Shown: positions 18,266 through 27,522 of the stretch, piece by piece
Position numbering within the stretch: the first letter of the stretch is position 1
How the letters are laid out: the number at the start of each line of letters is the position of its first letter
Assembly (NCBI GenBank): GCA_005116745.1
Contig: SWDS01000006.1
Location: 473,708 to 537,707 of the forward strand
Reading direction: 5' to 3'
DNA from: Nitrospira sp.
GTDB lineage: Bacteria > Nitrospirota > Nitrospiria > Nitrospirales > Nitrospiraceae
DNA length: 64,000 nt
The notes under the pieces: generated by a model
The model's input: the letters and a program-made list of their open reading frames with translations, nothing else
Database searches by the model: none
What the model was told of the DNA's origin: nothing
Translations under genes and position numbers: made by a program

Positions 18266-19123
18266 TTATAGCCCTTCTTCGCGTGGAGCACCGCCTAGGA
18301 TCTCGATGAACTTGGTGAGGCGAGCGGTCTTTTCCTCTTCCCCCGACTTGGAATAGATCGCCAACAGGTTTTTGATCATGCGGGACAGAATCGCTTGAAC
18401 CGGGCTTTTTTGCAGATACTTCTCATCAAACCCGTATCCGGCTTCGGTCAGAAATCGAGCGCAGTTTTTTTCGGTGAGCAAGGCTCCACCGTTGAAGCAG
18501 TCAATGAAAATCTTGTACCGATCGGACTCGTATTTCACTAAGAAATGCCCCGGCATGCCAACGCCAAACAGTGGGAGTGCCAAACGCTGTCCGATCAAGA
18601 GATAGACGGCTGACAAGCTGATGGGGATACCAACTCGCCGATCCATGACGCAGTTGATGTAACTGTTCTCAATTTCATAGTAGTTTTTAGTATTTCCCTT
18701 AAACCCTTGTTCGGTGAACAGGTAGCGGTTAAGGGCGTTGACAGCCTCTTCGCCGGAGGCTCGATAGCCAATCCGCGCTCGAACTTCGTCTGCCATGGTA
18801 TCGAGCTGTTCACGATAGCGAGCGACATCGAGTGCAGGATAGGTATAGCGAGCGATCAGGAAGGCGCCGGATTCGAGACGCATCGCGTCGTCCGTGAGGG
18901 TTGTCAGGCTCGCTAGTTCATCCTCCAGCTTGCTTCCTCGGATTTCCTCTAGGACAGACGCGATCCGATCGGCCATTTCCGGTTGCTCAATTTCCGCCTC
19001 CTGAAGAAGCGGGACGGCCGATGGGCCGATATCGATGAGTCTTCCGCTGATAGTACGGACAATTCGGTCGTCCTCATCGGACAGGAGGCGTATCAGCGCA
19101 CGAATTTGATTCTCCGGCATCAT
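18266..19123 (-). CDS. SirB1/transglutaminase-like core protein with N-terminal HEAT-like extension
   Basis: LF...GFKGN..NYY...NS.I..VMDRRVGIPISLS..Y, GMPGHFL, IDCFNGG, ILSRMIKNL. Confidence 0.88.
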   Translation of the reverse strand: MMPENQIRALIRLLSDEDDRIVRTISGRLIDIGPSAVPLLQEAEIEQPEMADRIASVLEEIRGSKLEDELASLTTLTDDAMRLESGAFLIARYTYPALDVARYREQLDTMADEVRARIGYRASGEEAVNALNRYLFTEQGFKGNTKNYYEIENSYINCVMDRRVGIPISLSAVYLLIGQRLALPLFGVGMPGHFLVKYESDRYKIFIDCFNGGALLTEKNCARFLTEAGYGFDEKYLQKSPVQAILSRMIKNLLAIYSKSGEEEKTARLTKFIEILGGAPREEGL

Positions 19124-19226
19124 CTCCTACGACTCTCCGTCGCTCACAGGCTGACGTGTGGGGGCATTGAGGTTATGATCTGACGGATTTCGTCGTCAGT
19201 CAAGCGATCCATGGTTCAGGGTGAGG

Positions 19227-20006
19227 TTACCCCATGGCACGACGGAATGCCTTGGCCCCGCCGTACAGACAGAGAGCATCGAACACCAGCATGACCAAGA
19301 CCACCATTCCGACATGCGGCAACGCTTCAGTCCAGCCAGACAGAATTAACGGCCGCACAGCATCGATCGCCCAGGTCATCGGGTTGAATTGCGCCAGAAA
19401 GCTCATCCATCCCGGCATCGCCGTCAACGGCACCAACGCGGAACTGAGGAAAATCATCGGCAGCGACAGAAATCCCAAGACGGAAAAGAAATCACCGTGA
19501 CTTTTCACGGAGAAGGCCATCGCCATGGAGATGGCCGTCAGGCCGATCCCGAACATCATGCCGATCAGTACGATCATCGCCACACCAAGAATACCTGTCG
19601 CGGGTTGGACACCAAAGAGGTACGATACGCCGAGAATCACGAGGACCTGCATCGACGTGATTGCCATGACGAAGATAAACCGGCTGATGATGACAGAGGT
19701 TCGATGGATCGGCGTGGACATTAACCGCTCGAGGAACCCGTTTTCCTTGTCGAACAGCAGATCGACCCCGCCGGCCAAGCCGTTGTTCAAGACCGTCATG
19801 ACGACGACGCCGGCGGCGAGGAAACTGATGTAGTTGGGAGCCTGCATGACCTGTGTGTCTGCGGCCCGTTCAAACAGGTTGCCGAAGAAGATGAGCCAGA
19901 ACAGCATCGGCTGTACCAAGGTGAACAGCATGCTGAATTTTTCCCGGCTCAATCGCCGAACCCACCGCATCGTTAACGCGCTGATTTCTTGCCAATAGTG
20001 CGCCAC
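19227..20006 (-). CDS. ABC-2 type transporter permease
   Basis: LVQPMLFW..FFG, DKENGFLERLMSTP, FNPMTWAIDAVR; six TM helices. Confidence 0.92.
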   Translation of the reverse strand: MAHYWQEISALTMRWVRRLSREKFSMLFTLVQPMLFWLIFFGNLFERAADTQVMQAPNYISFLAAGVVVMTVLNNGLAGGVDLLFDKENGFLERLMSTPIHRTSVIISRFIFVMAITSMQVLVILGVSYLFGVQPATGILGVAMIVLIGMMFGIGLTAISMAMAFSVKSHGDFFSVLGFLSLPMIFLSSALVPLTAMPGWMSFLAQFNPMTWAIDAVRPLILSGWTEALPHVGMVVLVMLVFDALCLYGGAKAFRRAMG

Positions 20007-20015
20007 AGGACTCCT

Positions 20016-20987
20016 TTACGCCGTCTCGGATTCCGGGATAGATTCGGTGATGGCCCGTCCCGTATGTGCGATGAACACATCGTCCAAGCGCGGACGGTTA
20101 TATTGAATAAACTCGATGTTACAACCTAGTCGATTGGCTGATTCGAGAATGGTGGGCAATGCTTTTTCTGGGGATTCTACTCTGATATCCAAGCCCTTGG
20201 TGGTTGCCCGCACGGCCTTGATCGCAGGCCGATCTTTGAGCTCGGACTCTAACGAATGAATCCGGTCGGTTTCTTTCAAGGTCAGGGACACAATGTCCCC
20301 ACCGAGGGCAATTTTGAGCTCGACTGGTGAGCCTAGCGTTTTGATCTTGCCCCCGTCGATAATCGCAAGTCGATCGCAGAGTTGATCGGCCTCATCCAGA
20401 TAGTTGGTCGTCATCACAATCGTCATCCCGCGGGCTTTGAGCATTCGAACGTACTCCCAAATCCGGAGACGGCTTTGTACGTCGAGGCCAAGTGTGGGCT
20501 CGTCGAGAAACAAGACTTTGGGGTCAGGCAGCAATCCGCAGGCGATATCGAGCTTGCGTTTCATCCCACCGGAATAGGTCTTGGCCGGCCGGTCCGCATG
20601 GGCCTCCAGTTCGACCAGTGTGAGCAGTTCGGCGATGCGTTTGGCCGCTTCTTCTTTCGTCAGATGATAGAGCGCGCCCAGCAATTGTAAGTGTTCACGT
20701 CCGGTGAGGAACCGGTCGATCGCGCGTTCTTGGGGCACGTACCCGATGAGGGTCCGAACCTTGTCCGCATCCCGCACCGTATCGTACCCCATGACCGTCG
20801 CCGCGCCCGATGTCGGGTGCAGCAATGTGATGAGGGTGCGAAGCGTGGTGCTCTTGCCTGCGCCGTTCGGTCCCAGCAGGCCAAAAATCTCTCCTGCGTA
20901 GACCTGGAACGAGAGGTCATCGACAGCCTTATAGCTGTCATAGGTTTTGCTCAGATGGCTGACGTCGATTGCGATGGTCCGATCCAT
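20016..20987 (-). CDS. ABC transporter ATP-binding protein (DrrA-like)
   Basis: GPNGAGKST, YSGGMKRKL, LFLDEPT, C-terminal RPRLDDVF...TG. Confidence 0.95.
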   Translation of the reverse strand: MDRTIAIDVSHLSKTYDSYKAVDDLSFQVYAGEIFGLLGPNGAGKSTTLRTLITLLHPTSGAATVMGYDTVRDADKVRTLIGYVPQERAIDRFLTGREHLQLLGALYHLTKEEAAKRIAELLTLVELEAHADRPAKTYSGGMKRKLDIACGLLPDPKVLFLDEPTLGLDVQSRLRIWEYVRMLKARGMTIVMTTNYLDEADQLCDRLAIIDGGKIKTLGSPVELKIALGGDIVSLTLKETDRIHSLESELKDRPAIKAVRATTKGLDIRVESPEKALPTILESANRLGCNIEFIQYNRPRLDDVFIAHTGRAITESIPESETA

Positions 20988-21677
20988 TTAGTCCAAGCCC
21001 TTTATGCCGTGAGGTTCGTGGAGCATGAATTGAACCAGATCGTTCAATCGACGAGCTCGTTGGTGGAGCCCATCCGCTTCCAGTAAAAATTGTTTTTCCA
21101 AGGGGGTACAGTCCAAATAGGTTGAGAGAGTATTGACCAAAACTTCATCACTGACTTCTTCGCGAAAAAACCCTTGCCACGCTGCACTATCTTCTCTCGC
21201 CTGAAGGTACCGTCCAAGCACATCGACCAGCGCTTGCCGAACGCCTTTGGCCAGCCCCTCGGTGGAGCACATGGGCGTGACCTGAATCGTCGCTTCGCGA
21301 TAGGGCTTGTCGAAGTGTTCTTCGGAAATCTCGCACCGTTCGAGCCCTTGTAGCAAGATGTTGGAGCGCCCGTCCGGCAAGGGTTGTACGCTCACGATCC
21401 GTCCGATGCATAGCGCGGGATAGATGGCCGGATTCCCATAGTAGTCCGGCTCCCACCCTTCTTTCAGCAGCGCCATGGCAATACATTGACCGCCCATTGT
21501 CACATCAGCGATCATCTGGCGATAGCGTGGTTCAAAAATATGGAGCGGCAGATACGTCCTGGGGAAAAAGACCACGTTTGGTAACGGAAACACCGGAAGG
21601 CGATCGGGAATTGGAAACGGTTCGACATGTTTGGACGAACTCCAATCAGACGGCCCCCGCTCATGATCAGCCTGCAT
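20988..21677 (-). CDS. Lon peptidase N-terminal (substrate-binding) domain protein
   Basis: LPVFPLPNVVFFP...LPLHIFEPRYRQM, DGRSNILLQG, LEKQFLLE; no ATPase or protease domain. Confidence 0.9.
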   Translation of the reverse strand: MQADHERGPSDWSSSKHVEPFPIPDRLPVFPLPNVVFFPRTYLPLHIFEPRYRQMIADVTMGGQCIAMALLKEGWEPDYYGNPAIYPALCIGRIVSVQPLPDGRSNILLQGLERCEISEEHFDKPYREATIQVTPMCSTEGLAKGVRQALVDVLGRYLQAREDSAAWQGFFREEVSDEVLVNTLSTYLDCTPLEKQFLLEADGLHQRARRLNDLVQFMLHEPHGIKGLD

Positions 21678-21803
21678 GGCTCACGATAGCTGACACGTGT
21701 GAAAATTGTCAACGCCGTTTGCTCGGCGTCGAGCCAAGAGCAAATTCGAAACATCGCTCTGAGACAGTCGATTGGTTCATAGGTCGGATGCGTGATATAA
21801 ACG

Positions 21804-22991
21804 ATGCACCGGGAGGGCTCAGGTTACGTGATCCATTTACAATTGGCTGACGAGACAAGGCAGCGCGTGACAGACTGGGGACGGATCCTCATGGTAGTCC
21901 CTGTCTTGCTGAGCCTGACTTTGCCGACGGCGCTCGCCGCAAGTCCGGCTTCCGCACCCTTTCAACCGGCGACTGCCGGCTATCGGTACGAGTTTCCCAG
22001 AGACCATGGATCGCATGCTCGCTATCGAACCGAGTGGTGGTACTACACAGGCCATCTGCGGTCGAAAAACGGACGAGCATTTGGCTTTGAATTGACCTTC
22101 TTCCGTCGAGGGGTGCCGCCTGACGACATCAAAACTCTGCCGTCCAAATGGTCGATCAGCCACCTCTATCTGGCCCACTTTGCCGTGACCGATATCAACG
22201 GGAAGAAATTTCATTTCTCGGAAAAGTTCAGCCGGGATGGGTTGGGGAAGGCCGGTGCCGACGAGTCGCGGCTTCGCGTCTGGATCGATGATTGGCGCGC
22301 GGAGGCTGCCACGGACTCGACCGGCTCTCATACCGTGGTCGCCCACGACGAAACCCATTCGCTCGCCCTCACACTCCAACCGGCCAAGCCGCTCGTCACC
22401 CACGGCGCAGCAGGTATTAGCCGAAAAGGGAAAGATGTCAGTCAAGCCTCTCACTACTATTCGTTTACCAGACTCGTGACAACGGGTAGCCTGACGATCG
22501 ACGGCGAACAGTTCGAAGTGACGGGTCTCACCTGGATGGATCATGAATTCGGGTCGGCCGAACTCGGGACCGATCAAGTCGGATGGGACTGGTTCAGCAT
22601 CCAGTTGGAAGACGACACCGAGCTCATGCTGTATCGGATGCGGCGGAAAGACGGCTCGTCCGATCTGGCGTCTAGCGGGACCACCGTGTCGCCGGATGGA
22701 CGCACTCGACATCTGGAGGTGACAGACTTTCAGATCGAATCGACCGGCACTTGGACCAGCCCTGAGAGCAAGGCCACGTATCCCAGCCGATGGAAGCTGA
22801 CATTCCCGTCACTCGACCTTGTGCTGGATGTCACGCCGCTGCTCGCAGATCAGGAATTACGCACCTCGCGCAGCACCAAGGTTTCCTATTGGGAAGGGGC
22901 GGTGGCTGTGACGGGGACTAAACAAGGCAAACCCATCAAGGGCCAAGGCTACGTCGAGCTGACCGGCTATGTCGAACGCCTCAAGCTGTAG
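21804..22991 (+). CDS. AttH/CrtC-like lipocalin-fold protein
   Basis: FPRDHGSH...TEWWYYTG, SHYYSFTR, WMDHEF, GWDWFS.QL, YP..W, YWEGAV, GQGYVELTGY. Start uncertain. Confidence 0.9.
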   Translation: MHREGSGYVIHLQLADETRQRVTDWGRILMVVPVLLSLTLPTALAASPASAPFQPATAGYRYEFPRDHGSHARYRTEWWYYTGHLRSKNGRAFGFELTFFRRGVPPDDIKTLPSKWSISHLYLAHFAVTDINGKKFHFSEKFSRDGLGKAGADESRLRVWIDDWRAEAATDSTGSHTVVAHDETHSLALTLQPAKPLVTHGAAGISRKGKDVSQASHYYSFTRLVTTGSLTIDGEQFEVTGLTWMDHEFGSAELGTDQVGWDWFSIQLEDDTELMLYRMRRKDGSSDLASSGTTVSPDGRTRHLEVTDFQIESTGTWTSPESKATYPSRWKLTFPSLDLVLDVTPLLADQELRTSRSTKVSYWEGAVAVTGTKQGKPIKGQGYVELTGYVERLKL

Positions 22992-23013
22992 GGAGAAAGG
23001 CCGCATAGTCGAG

Positions 23014-23796
23014 TCACAAGACACCCGCGATCAGCCCACAGCCGACCACAATCAACAGAGCCGAGACCATCAACTGGACCGATCGGAGCGTGACCTTCTT
23101 GAGCATCTTTGCCCCGACGTATGCCCCGGCAAAGGCAGAGATGCTGGCACCGATAACCAACGGCCACTCAACGGCATCACCATGAGCCGAGACGCTGACA
23201 CCGTAGATGACCATGCGAGAGAGATCGACCATGACAGCCAGCACCACTCCAGTAGCCACAAACGCCTCTTTCTCTAGACCCGCCTTAATCAGGAACATGC
23301 TGCGGAAAGCGCCTTGATGCCCCGACAATCCGCCGAAGAACCCGCTGATAACGCCGCCGAACGGAAGCCATTTGCGACCGAGCGCAGTCTTCGAGAATGT
23401 CGGGGAGAGTTCCAAGATAACAAATAACACGATGAGTGCACCGATGATTAACTTGAGCACTGAGACCTGCCGATTGCTCCCGAATGCGTGGTATTCGTAG
23501 ATCGGGTTGACTTTCCCCAGATACGTCAGCAATGCAGCTCTCACAAAGGCTGCCGCAATTGCGGGCAACCCGAACTTCAGCAGAACCGAAGCGTCCGCTT
23601 TTCTGCCGAGCAGTCCAATCTTGAAGAGGTTGTTCGCCAAATGGACCATGACCGTCATCGCAATCGCCAATTCTAGGGGAAAGAAGAGGGCCACCACCGG
23701 CATCAGCAGCGTGCCGAGCCCAAATCCTGAAAACAGCGTGAGAGCGGAAGCAAGTAATGCTGCGATGCAGACGCTGAGCAGTTCTACAGTGATCAC
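23014..23796 (-). CDS. TSUP (TauE/SafE) family transporter
   Basis: SGFGLGTLL.P, GGVISGFFGGLSGHQG.FR; about 8 TM helices. Confidence 0.9.
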   Translation of the reverse strand: MITVELLSVCIAALLASALTLFSGFGLGTLLMPVVALFFPLELAIAMTVMVHLANNLFKIGLLGRKADASVLLKFGLPAIAAAFVRAALLTYLGKVNPIYEYHAFGSNRQVSVLKLIIGALIVLFVILELSPTFSKTALGRKWLPFGGVISGFFGGLSGHQGAFRSMFLIKAGLEKEAFVATGVVLAVMVDLSRMVIYGVSVSAHGDAVEWPLVIGASISAFAGAYVGAKMLKKVTLRSVQLMVSALLIVVGCGLIAGVL

Positions 23797-24094
23797 CGAG
23801 AGAGGGTGAAATGAGCACTCTGGCAGATAGTAGATGGGTTTGAGTCTGAGAGGCTAGTATAACGTCACGCTCCAATGGGCCCTGGCCGGTGTCCAGGGGT
23901 GAAGAATATTATTCGAAAGAGCACAGCGCCTGTCTGCTCTAGGACCGTCGAGCATCAAATTGTAACAAGTCAATACTCATGCCTGAGACGCACGAGGATA
24001 TTTCGGATTGTCGACTATTGTGCTTGTCCCCTTATAGTTGTTTTCATAGGTGACTGTAATCTACTAGGGAGGGGCAACCACAGCTTGAGCCCTG

Positions 24095-24124
24095 AGCTCC
24101 CCCGTCTGTGAAGACGGGGGAGCT
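24095..24124 (-). terminator. Perfect 13-bp hairpin downstream of the secreted-protein gene
   Basis: AGCTCCCCCGTCT-GTGA-AGACGGGGGAGCT; no clear U-tract. Confidence 0.55.
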
Positions 24125-24177
24125 ACCTACAGCTAGAGCTATCCCATTCCGGGTCTGTGTTAGATCAAATGTAATAT

Positions 24178-24753
24178 CTAACACACACCGTTATTGCATA
24201 TTTGGATAGCCCGTATCAGCGGCGTGCCACTAGGGCCGGTCTTTATAAGTTGAGCTTCAACATAGTAAACATTGTTAGCGAAATCAAAATCAGGTTTGTC
24301 ACAGTTGAAAAGTATAGCACGCCTCTGGGCTGTGGTTTGGGGATCAAAATCGTTACTATTAAGTTCTTCCAGGAGAGTAATTACTCCAGTGGAAATATTT
24401 AATTGCTGGAGACGCACAATAACCTGTGCGTCTGGTCCGTTATCGGCTAAGCGAACTGCTAGAGTCTTGGTATTCCTGTCCCCTCCAAAAACTCCGTCCA
24501 TTGCCACAACATTGTAGCGAATATCTACCGTACCCTTAGAAACCCCACTACGGACCGCCGCCGTGTTGGAGCTGAGAGCAACGATACTTAGGTCGGCTTG
24601 GTCCACGGTTCCATCGGAGCCCACCATCGTCCAACACTTCGCCACCACCTGCGCATATGCACTTGCGGCATAGCAGAGCAGGGCTAGGCCTATGGCGATA
24701 ACAGGTAGAAGGGTTTTCATTTTCCAGACGCGCACCAATTTTTGGATCAGCAT
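24178..24753 (-). CDS. Secreted beta-rich hypothetical protein
   Basis: Strong SD (GGGAGGT) before ATG 24753, signal peptide ending AYA-Q, four Cys in the mature part; AT-richer than flanks by eye. Confidence 0.82.
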   Translation of the reverse strand: MLIQKLVRVWKMKTLLPVIAIGLALLCYAASAYAQVVAKCWTMVGSDGTVDQADLSIVALSSNTAAVRSGVSKGTVDIRYNVVAMDGVFGGDRNTKTLAVRLADNGPDAQVIVRLQQLNISTGVITLLEELNSNDFDPQTTAQRRAILFNCDKPDFDFANNVYYVEAQLIKTGPSGTPLIRAIQICNNGVC

Positions 24754-24796
24754 TGCGTTACCTCCCTATGTTTAATTAATCCAAGTCTTACTCAAG

Positions 24797-24812
24797 GCAG
24801 GATATATGCCGG
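24797..24812 (-). promoter_or_regulatory. Putative sigma54 promoter
   Basis: Minus strand CCGGCATATATCCTGC (GG-N10-GC), 44 bp upstream of ATG 24753. Confidence 0.5.
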
Positions 24813-25089
24813 AAATACGCAAGCCGAGCCGCCCAGACTTTTCCGCAACTTACGAGAATGCTAGAGTTGGCTTGAGGGGATTGAGAAAAGAACTGTATCT
24901 GAAAAGATTCGGGATTGAATCAAAAACGATTCACATGTGATGAGGGTGAAAGTACTTCCTCGTGGAAGGGCTAAGAGTCATTTGAAGAGGAAGAAATAGG
25001 TATGAGAGTGTAGTTCTAAAAAATGGCCCACTTCATTCGGAGGCTACCAACGCAATGCCCCTCGGACTCCTGTTTTGCCAATGTGGATG

Positions 25090-25128
25090 CACGCTGAGTA
25101 TTATGCCATCGATGTGACGACTATCTAG
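25090..25128 (+). pseudogene. higB: 3' remnant of a higB toxin gene
   Basis: Reads HAEYYAIDVTTI-stop, matching the typical HigB C-terminus (THAEYD.ID..TI), just upstream of higA; no toxin-like sequence precedes it. Confidence 0.65.
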
Positions 25129-25144
25129 AATGCGAGGAGGCGAC

Positions 25145-25504
25145 ATGATCATTGCTCCGATCAAAACAGCCCGAGACTATGACCGGACGTTAACTCGTAT
25201 TGAACAACTGATGGAGGCGAAGCCAGGCACGAAAGCTGGTGACGAGCTGGACGTACTCACGACGCTCGTCGAGGCGTACGAAGCGAAACATCACGCGATT
25301 TATCCTCCCGACCCGATCGAGGCGATCACATTTCGGATGGATCAACTCGGCATGACGCGGAAAGATTTAGAGACGGTACTGGGTGGGCGAGGACGTGTGT
25401 CGGAAATCCTGACGAAGAAGCGAAATCTCTCGCTTGAGATGATTCGTCGACTCCACCGCAAGTTGCGCATCCCCCTGGAAAGCCTTATCGGCACGGCGGC
25501 CTAA
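25145..25504 (+). CDS. higA: HigA-type HTH antitoxin / transcriptional regulator
   Basis: PIKT..DY...L.RIEQL...GT..GDELDVL.TLVEAYE..H....PDPIEAI.FRMDQ.G....DL...G.RGRVSEIL..KR.LSLEMIRRLH; GAGGAGG RBS. Confidence 0.92.
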   Translation: MIIAPIKTARDYDRTLTRIEQLMEAKPGTKAGDELDVLTTLVEAYEAKHHAIYPPDPIEAITFRMDQLGMTRKDLETVLGGRGRVSEILTKKRNLSLEMIRRLHRKLRIPLESLIGTAA

Positions 25505-25587
25505 CCACTCCTTCACCTCGCCAACGGTGGCGTTCAGCCCTTCCCGGCTTGACGCCCGTCAGATCCCTGTGGTTAGGTCCCACCACC

Positions 25588-26622
25588 ATGCGACTGCTTC
25601 ACACTGCCCGTACGCTGGCCTTGATCACGCTCCTGATTTCCGTTCTCGGCTGCCAAAAGGAAAGCGAGTCGGTCGTGTCGATCGCGCTCCATCCGACCAA
25701 CGCGAATATCCTCTACGTCGCTACCAACGACGCGGTCTATAAGTCACGCGATGGTGGCTCGACCTGGGAGCGATTCCCAAGTTTCAGCGCACGTAGGGTG
25801 ACGACGCTGGCGCTTGATCCGCTCCTGCCTGCCACGATCTATGCCGGCACCATGGGGGACGCGGTTTATAAGAGTCCGGATGGCGGGCAACATTGGCTGC
25901 CGCATAATGTTGGTCTGAAAGAGCACGTCTCGTTTGTGAATCAGTTTGTGTTCCATCCCATGCTGAGCGAGAAGATCTATATTGCGACGACTGTCGGTGT
26001 GTTCTTCACAAAAGATGCAGGCCGGGAATGGGAAGAACGGATGAACGGGATGAAGGAAGTTCACATTGTGACGGCCATCGCTATGAATCCCAAAGCCCCT
26101 ACCACCCTGTACGGCGGAACAACGGGCGGGATGTATCGCTCAGAGGATGGAGCGATGTCCTGGAAAAGGATCAACAACGGGTTGATTCCCGAGAGCGAGC
26201 TGATGGCGTCCATGGCGTTGGGCGTGAATGCCATTGAAATCGATCAGACGAATCCTACTATCGTTTACGCGGGGACGACGAAAGGGCTGTTTCGCACGGT
26301 CAATAAAGGTGAACAATGGGAGCGGATTGGACAACCCCTCCCGGATCCCTTTATCAGCAGCATTCTGCTCCATCCCACAGAACCGTCACAGCTCTATGTT
26401 GGTGGGCCGAAAGGAGTCTGGAAAAGTTCGGATAGCGGAAAGACGTGGCAGGCGATCAACCAGGGCATGACAACCCTGAACATTCGCGCCCTGGCCATGA
26501 ACCCGAAGAATCCGCAATTGCTCTACGCCGGCACGAACGGTAGTGGGCTCTATCGTTCCACTGATGCCGGCGCGACGTGGGCGGCGGTGCCGCTCACTGC
26601 CGCGCCGGTTTCGAGTCAATAA
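25588..26622 (+). CDS. BNR/YCF48-like beta-propeller lipoprotein
   Basis: Lipobox VLG-C; repeated SxDGGxxW boxes (SRDGGSTW, SPDGGQHW, TKDAGREW, SEDGAMSW, SSDSGKTW, STDAGATW). Confidence 0.9.
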   Translation: MRLLHTARTLALITLLISVLGCQKESESVVSIALHPTNANILYVATNDAVYKSRDGGSTWERFPSFSARRVTTLALDPLLPATIYAGTMGDAVYKSPDGGQHWLPHNVGLKEHVSFVNQFVFHPMLSEKIYIATTVGVFFTKDAGREWEERMNGMKEVHIVTAIAMNPKAPTTLYGGTTGGMYRSEDGAMSWKRINNGLIPESELMASMALGVNAIEIDQTNPTIVYAGTTKGLFRTVNKGEQWERIGQPLPDPFISSILLHPTEPSQLYVGGPKGVWKSSDSGKTWQAINQGMTTLNIRALAMNPKNPQLLYAGTNGSGLYRSTDAGATWAAVPLTAAPVSSQ

Positions 26623-27095
26623 CTGCTTTTTGCGCCTGCTTCTCCATGCTGGTAACGGCCGCTATAGGAGACCATGCGGTCTGAGAGCGTTTTCCACTCG
26701 TCTGCGGTCATCAGGTCCTTCATCTTGAACCGAAGGCTCAGTACCCTGGCCGAGCTTTGCGCCCGCTGAATGTTTGCCTCGTTCACGATTTTTGAAAATT
26801 CGTCAGGTGTCGCGGTATAGCTGGTATTCAGAGTGTAGAGCTGCCGATGATAGGCCCGCTCCTGCGCACGGCCCTCCTTGAGCTCCTTGATGATCTCACC
26901 GACGTAGGCATTCACACCCTTCGCCTTCTCGGGATCTTGCACGGTCCGATTGATCAATCCCTCCATATCTTGCTGGCCCTTCTGCCAATAGGCGTCACTC
27001 TTGCCGCCTCCCGGCATGCCGTGGTGGTGAGACGAGCACCCAACCAGCACCATCAGGGTGAGCGCACTGAGTAAGCCGCCAAACATTCGTTTCAT
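26616..27095 (-). CDS. Helical lipoprotein, Spy/CpxP/ZraP-like
   Basis: Lipobox LVG-C followed by SHHHGM; helical body; LMTADEW resembles the LTXXQ motif. Confidence 0.7.
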   Translation of the reverse strand: MKRMFGGLLSALTLMVLVGCSSHHHGMPGGGKSDAYWQKGQQDMEGLINRTVQDPEKAKGVNAYVGEIIKELKEGRAQERAYHRQLYTLNTSYTATPDEFSKIVNEANIQRAQSSARVLSLRFKMKDLMTADEWKTLSDRMVSYSGRYQHGEAGAKSSY

Positions 27096-27097
27096 GC

Positions 27098-27502
27098 ATG
27101 CCTCCTATTGAGAGTTGTTCCTTGCCTTCTTCATACCGTATTATCCACATGATTACTATGGCCGATCCCACACCTACCTTGTCCGATCCCAGTCAGATTC
27201 TGAAGGAGGAGTTCCGCCGGCATCTAGAGATGTTCTATGCCCATCTTCAATTGGCTCCACCCTACGAGAGCGTAGAAAAAGCGATTCGGATGCTGACCAC
27301 CATCGTGCATGCCCTGCCGAAGGAAGAGCAAGTTCGAATCGTCTCCGATCCGACCCTACACTGGCAGCAGTTTGCACAGGCGTTTCATGCATCAGGGCTT
27401 GCGAAGAAGCATCGGGGAATCATTGCCGGCCTGGCCCGTAACCGCTTAGCCTTGAGCTTGCCGGCCGAATACGATCACTTCTTGAATTTATTTCTTACCT
27501 GA
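27098..27502 (+). CDS. Hypothetical protein
   Basis: Protein-like helical sequence. The start is probably an internal ATG (MADPTP). Confidence 0.7.
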   Translation: MPPIESCSLPSSYRIIHMITMADPTPTLSDPSQILKEEFRRHLEMFYAHLQLAPPYESVEKAIRMLTTIVHALPKEEQVRIVSDPTLHWQQFAQAFHASGLAKKHRGIIAGLARNRLALSLPAEYDHFLNLFLT

Positions 27503-27522
27503 GAAAAAGCGCAACGGGCGAA

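Noticed and set aside
21837-22712. 291-aa minus-strand ORF
   Set aside because: Antisense shadow of the AttH/CrtC-like gene.
24030-24185. Possible integron attC after the secreted-protein gene
   Set aside because: ATCTAAC follows the stop, but no matching GTTRRRY lies at attC distance downstream, the boxes present are in the wrong order, and no integrase or second cassette is visible.
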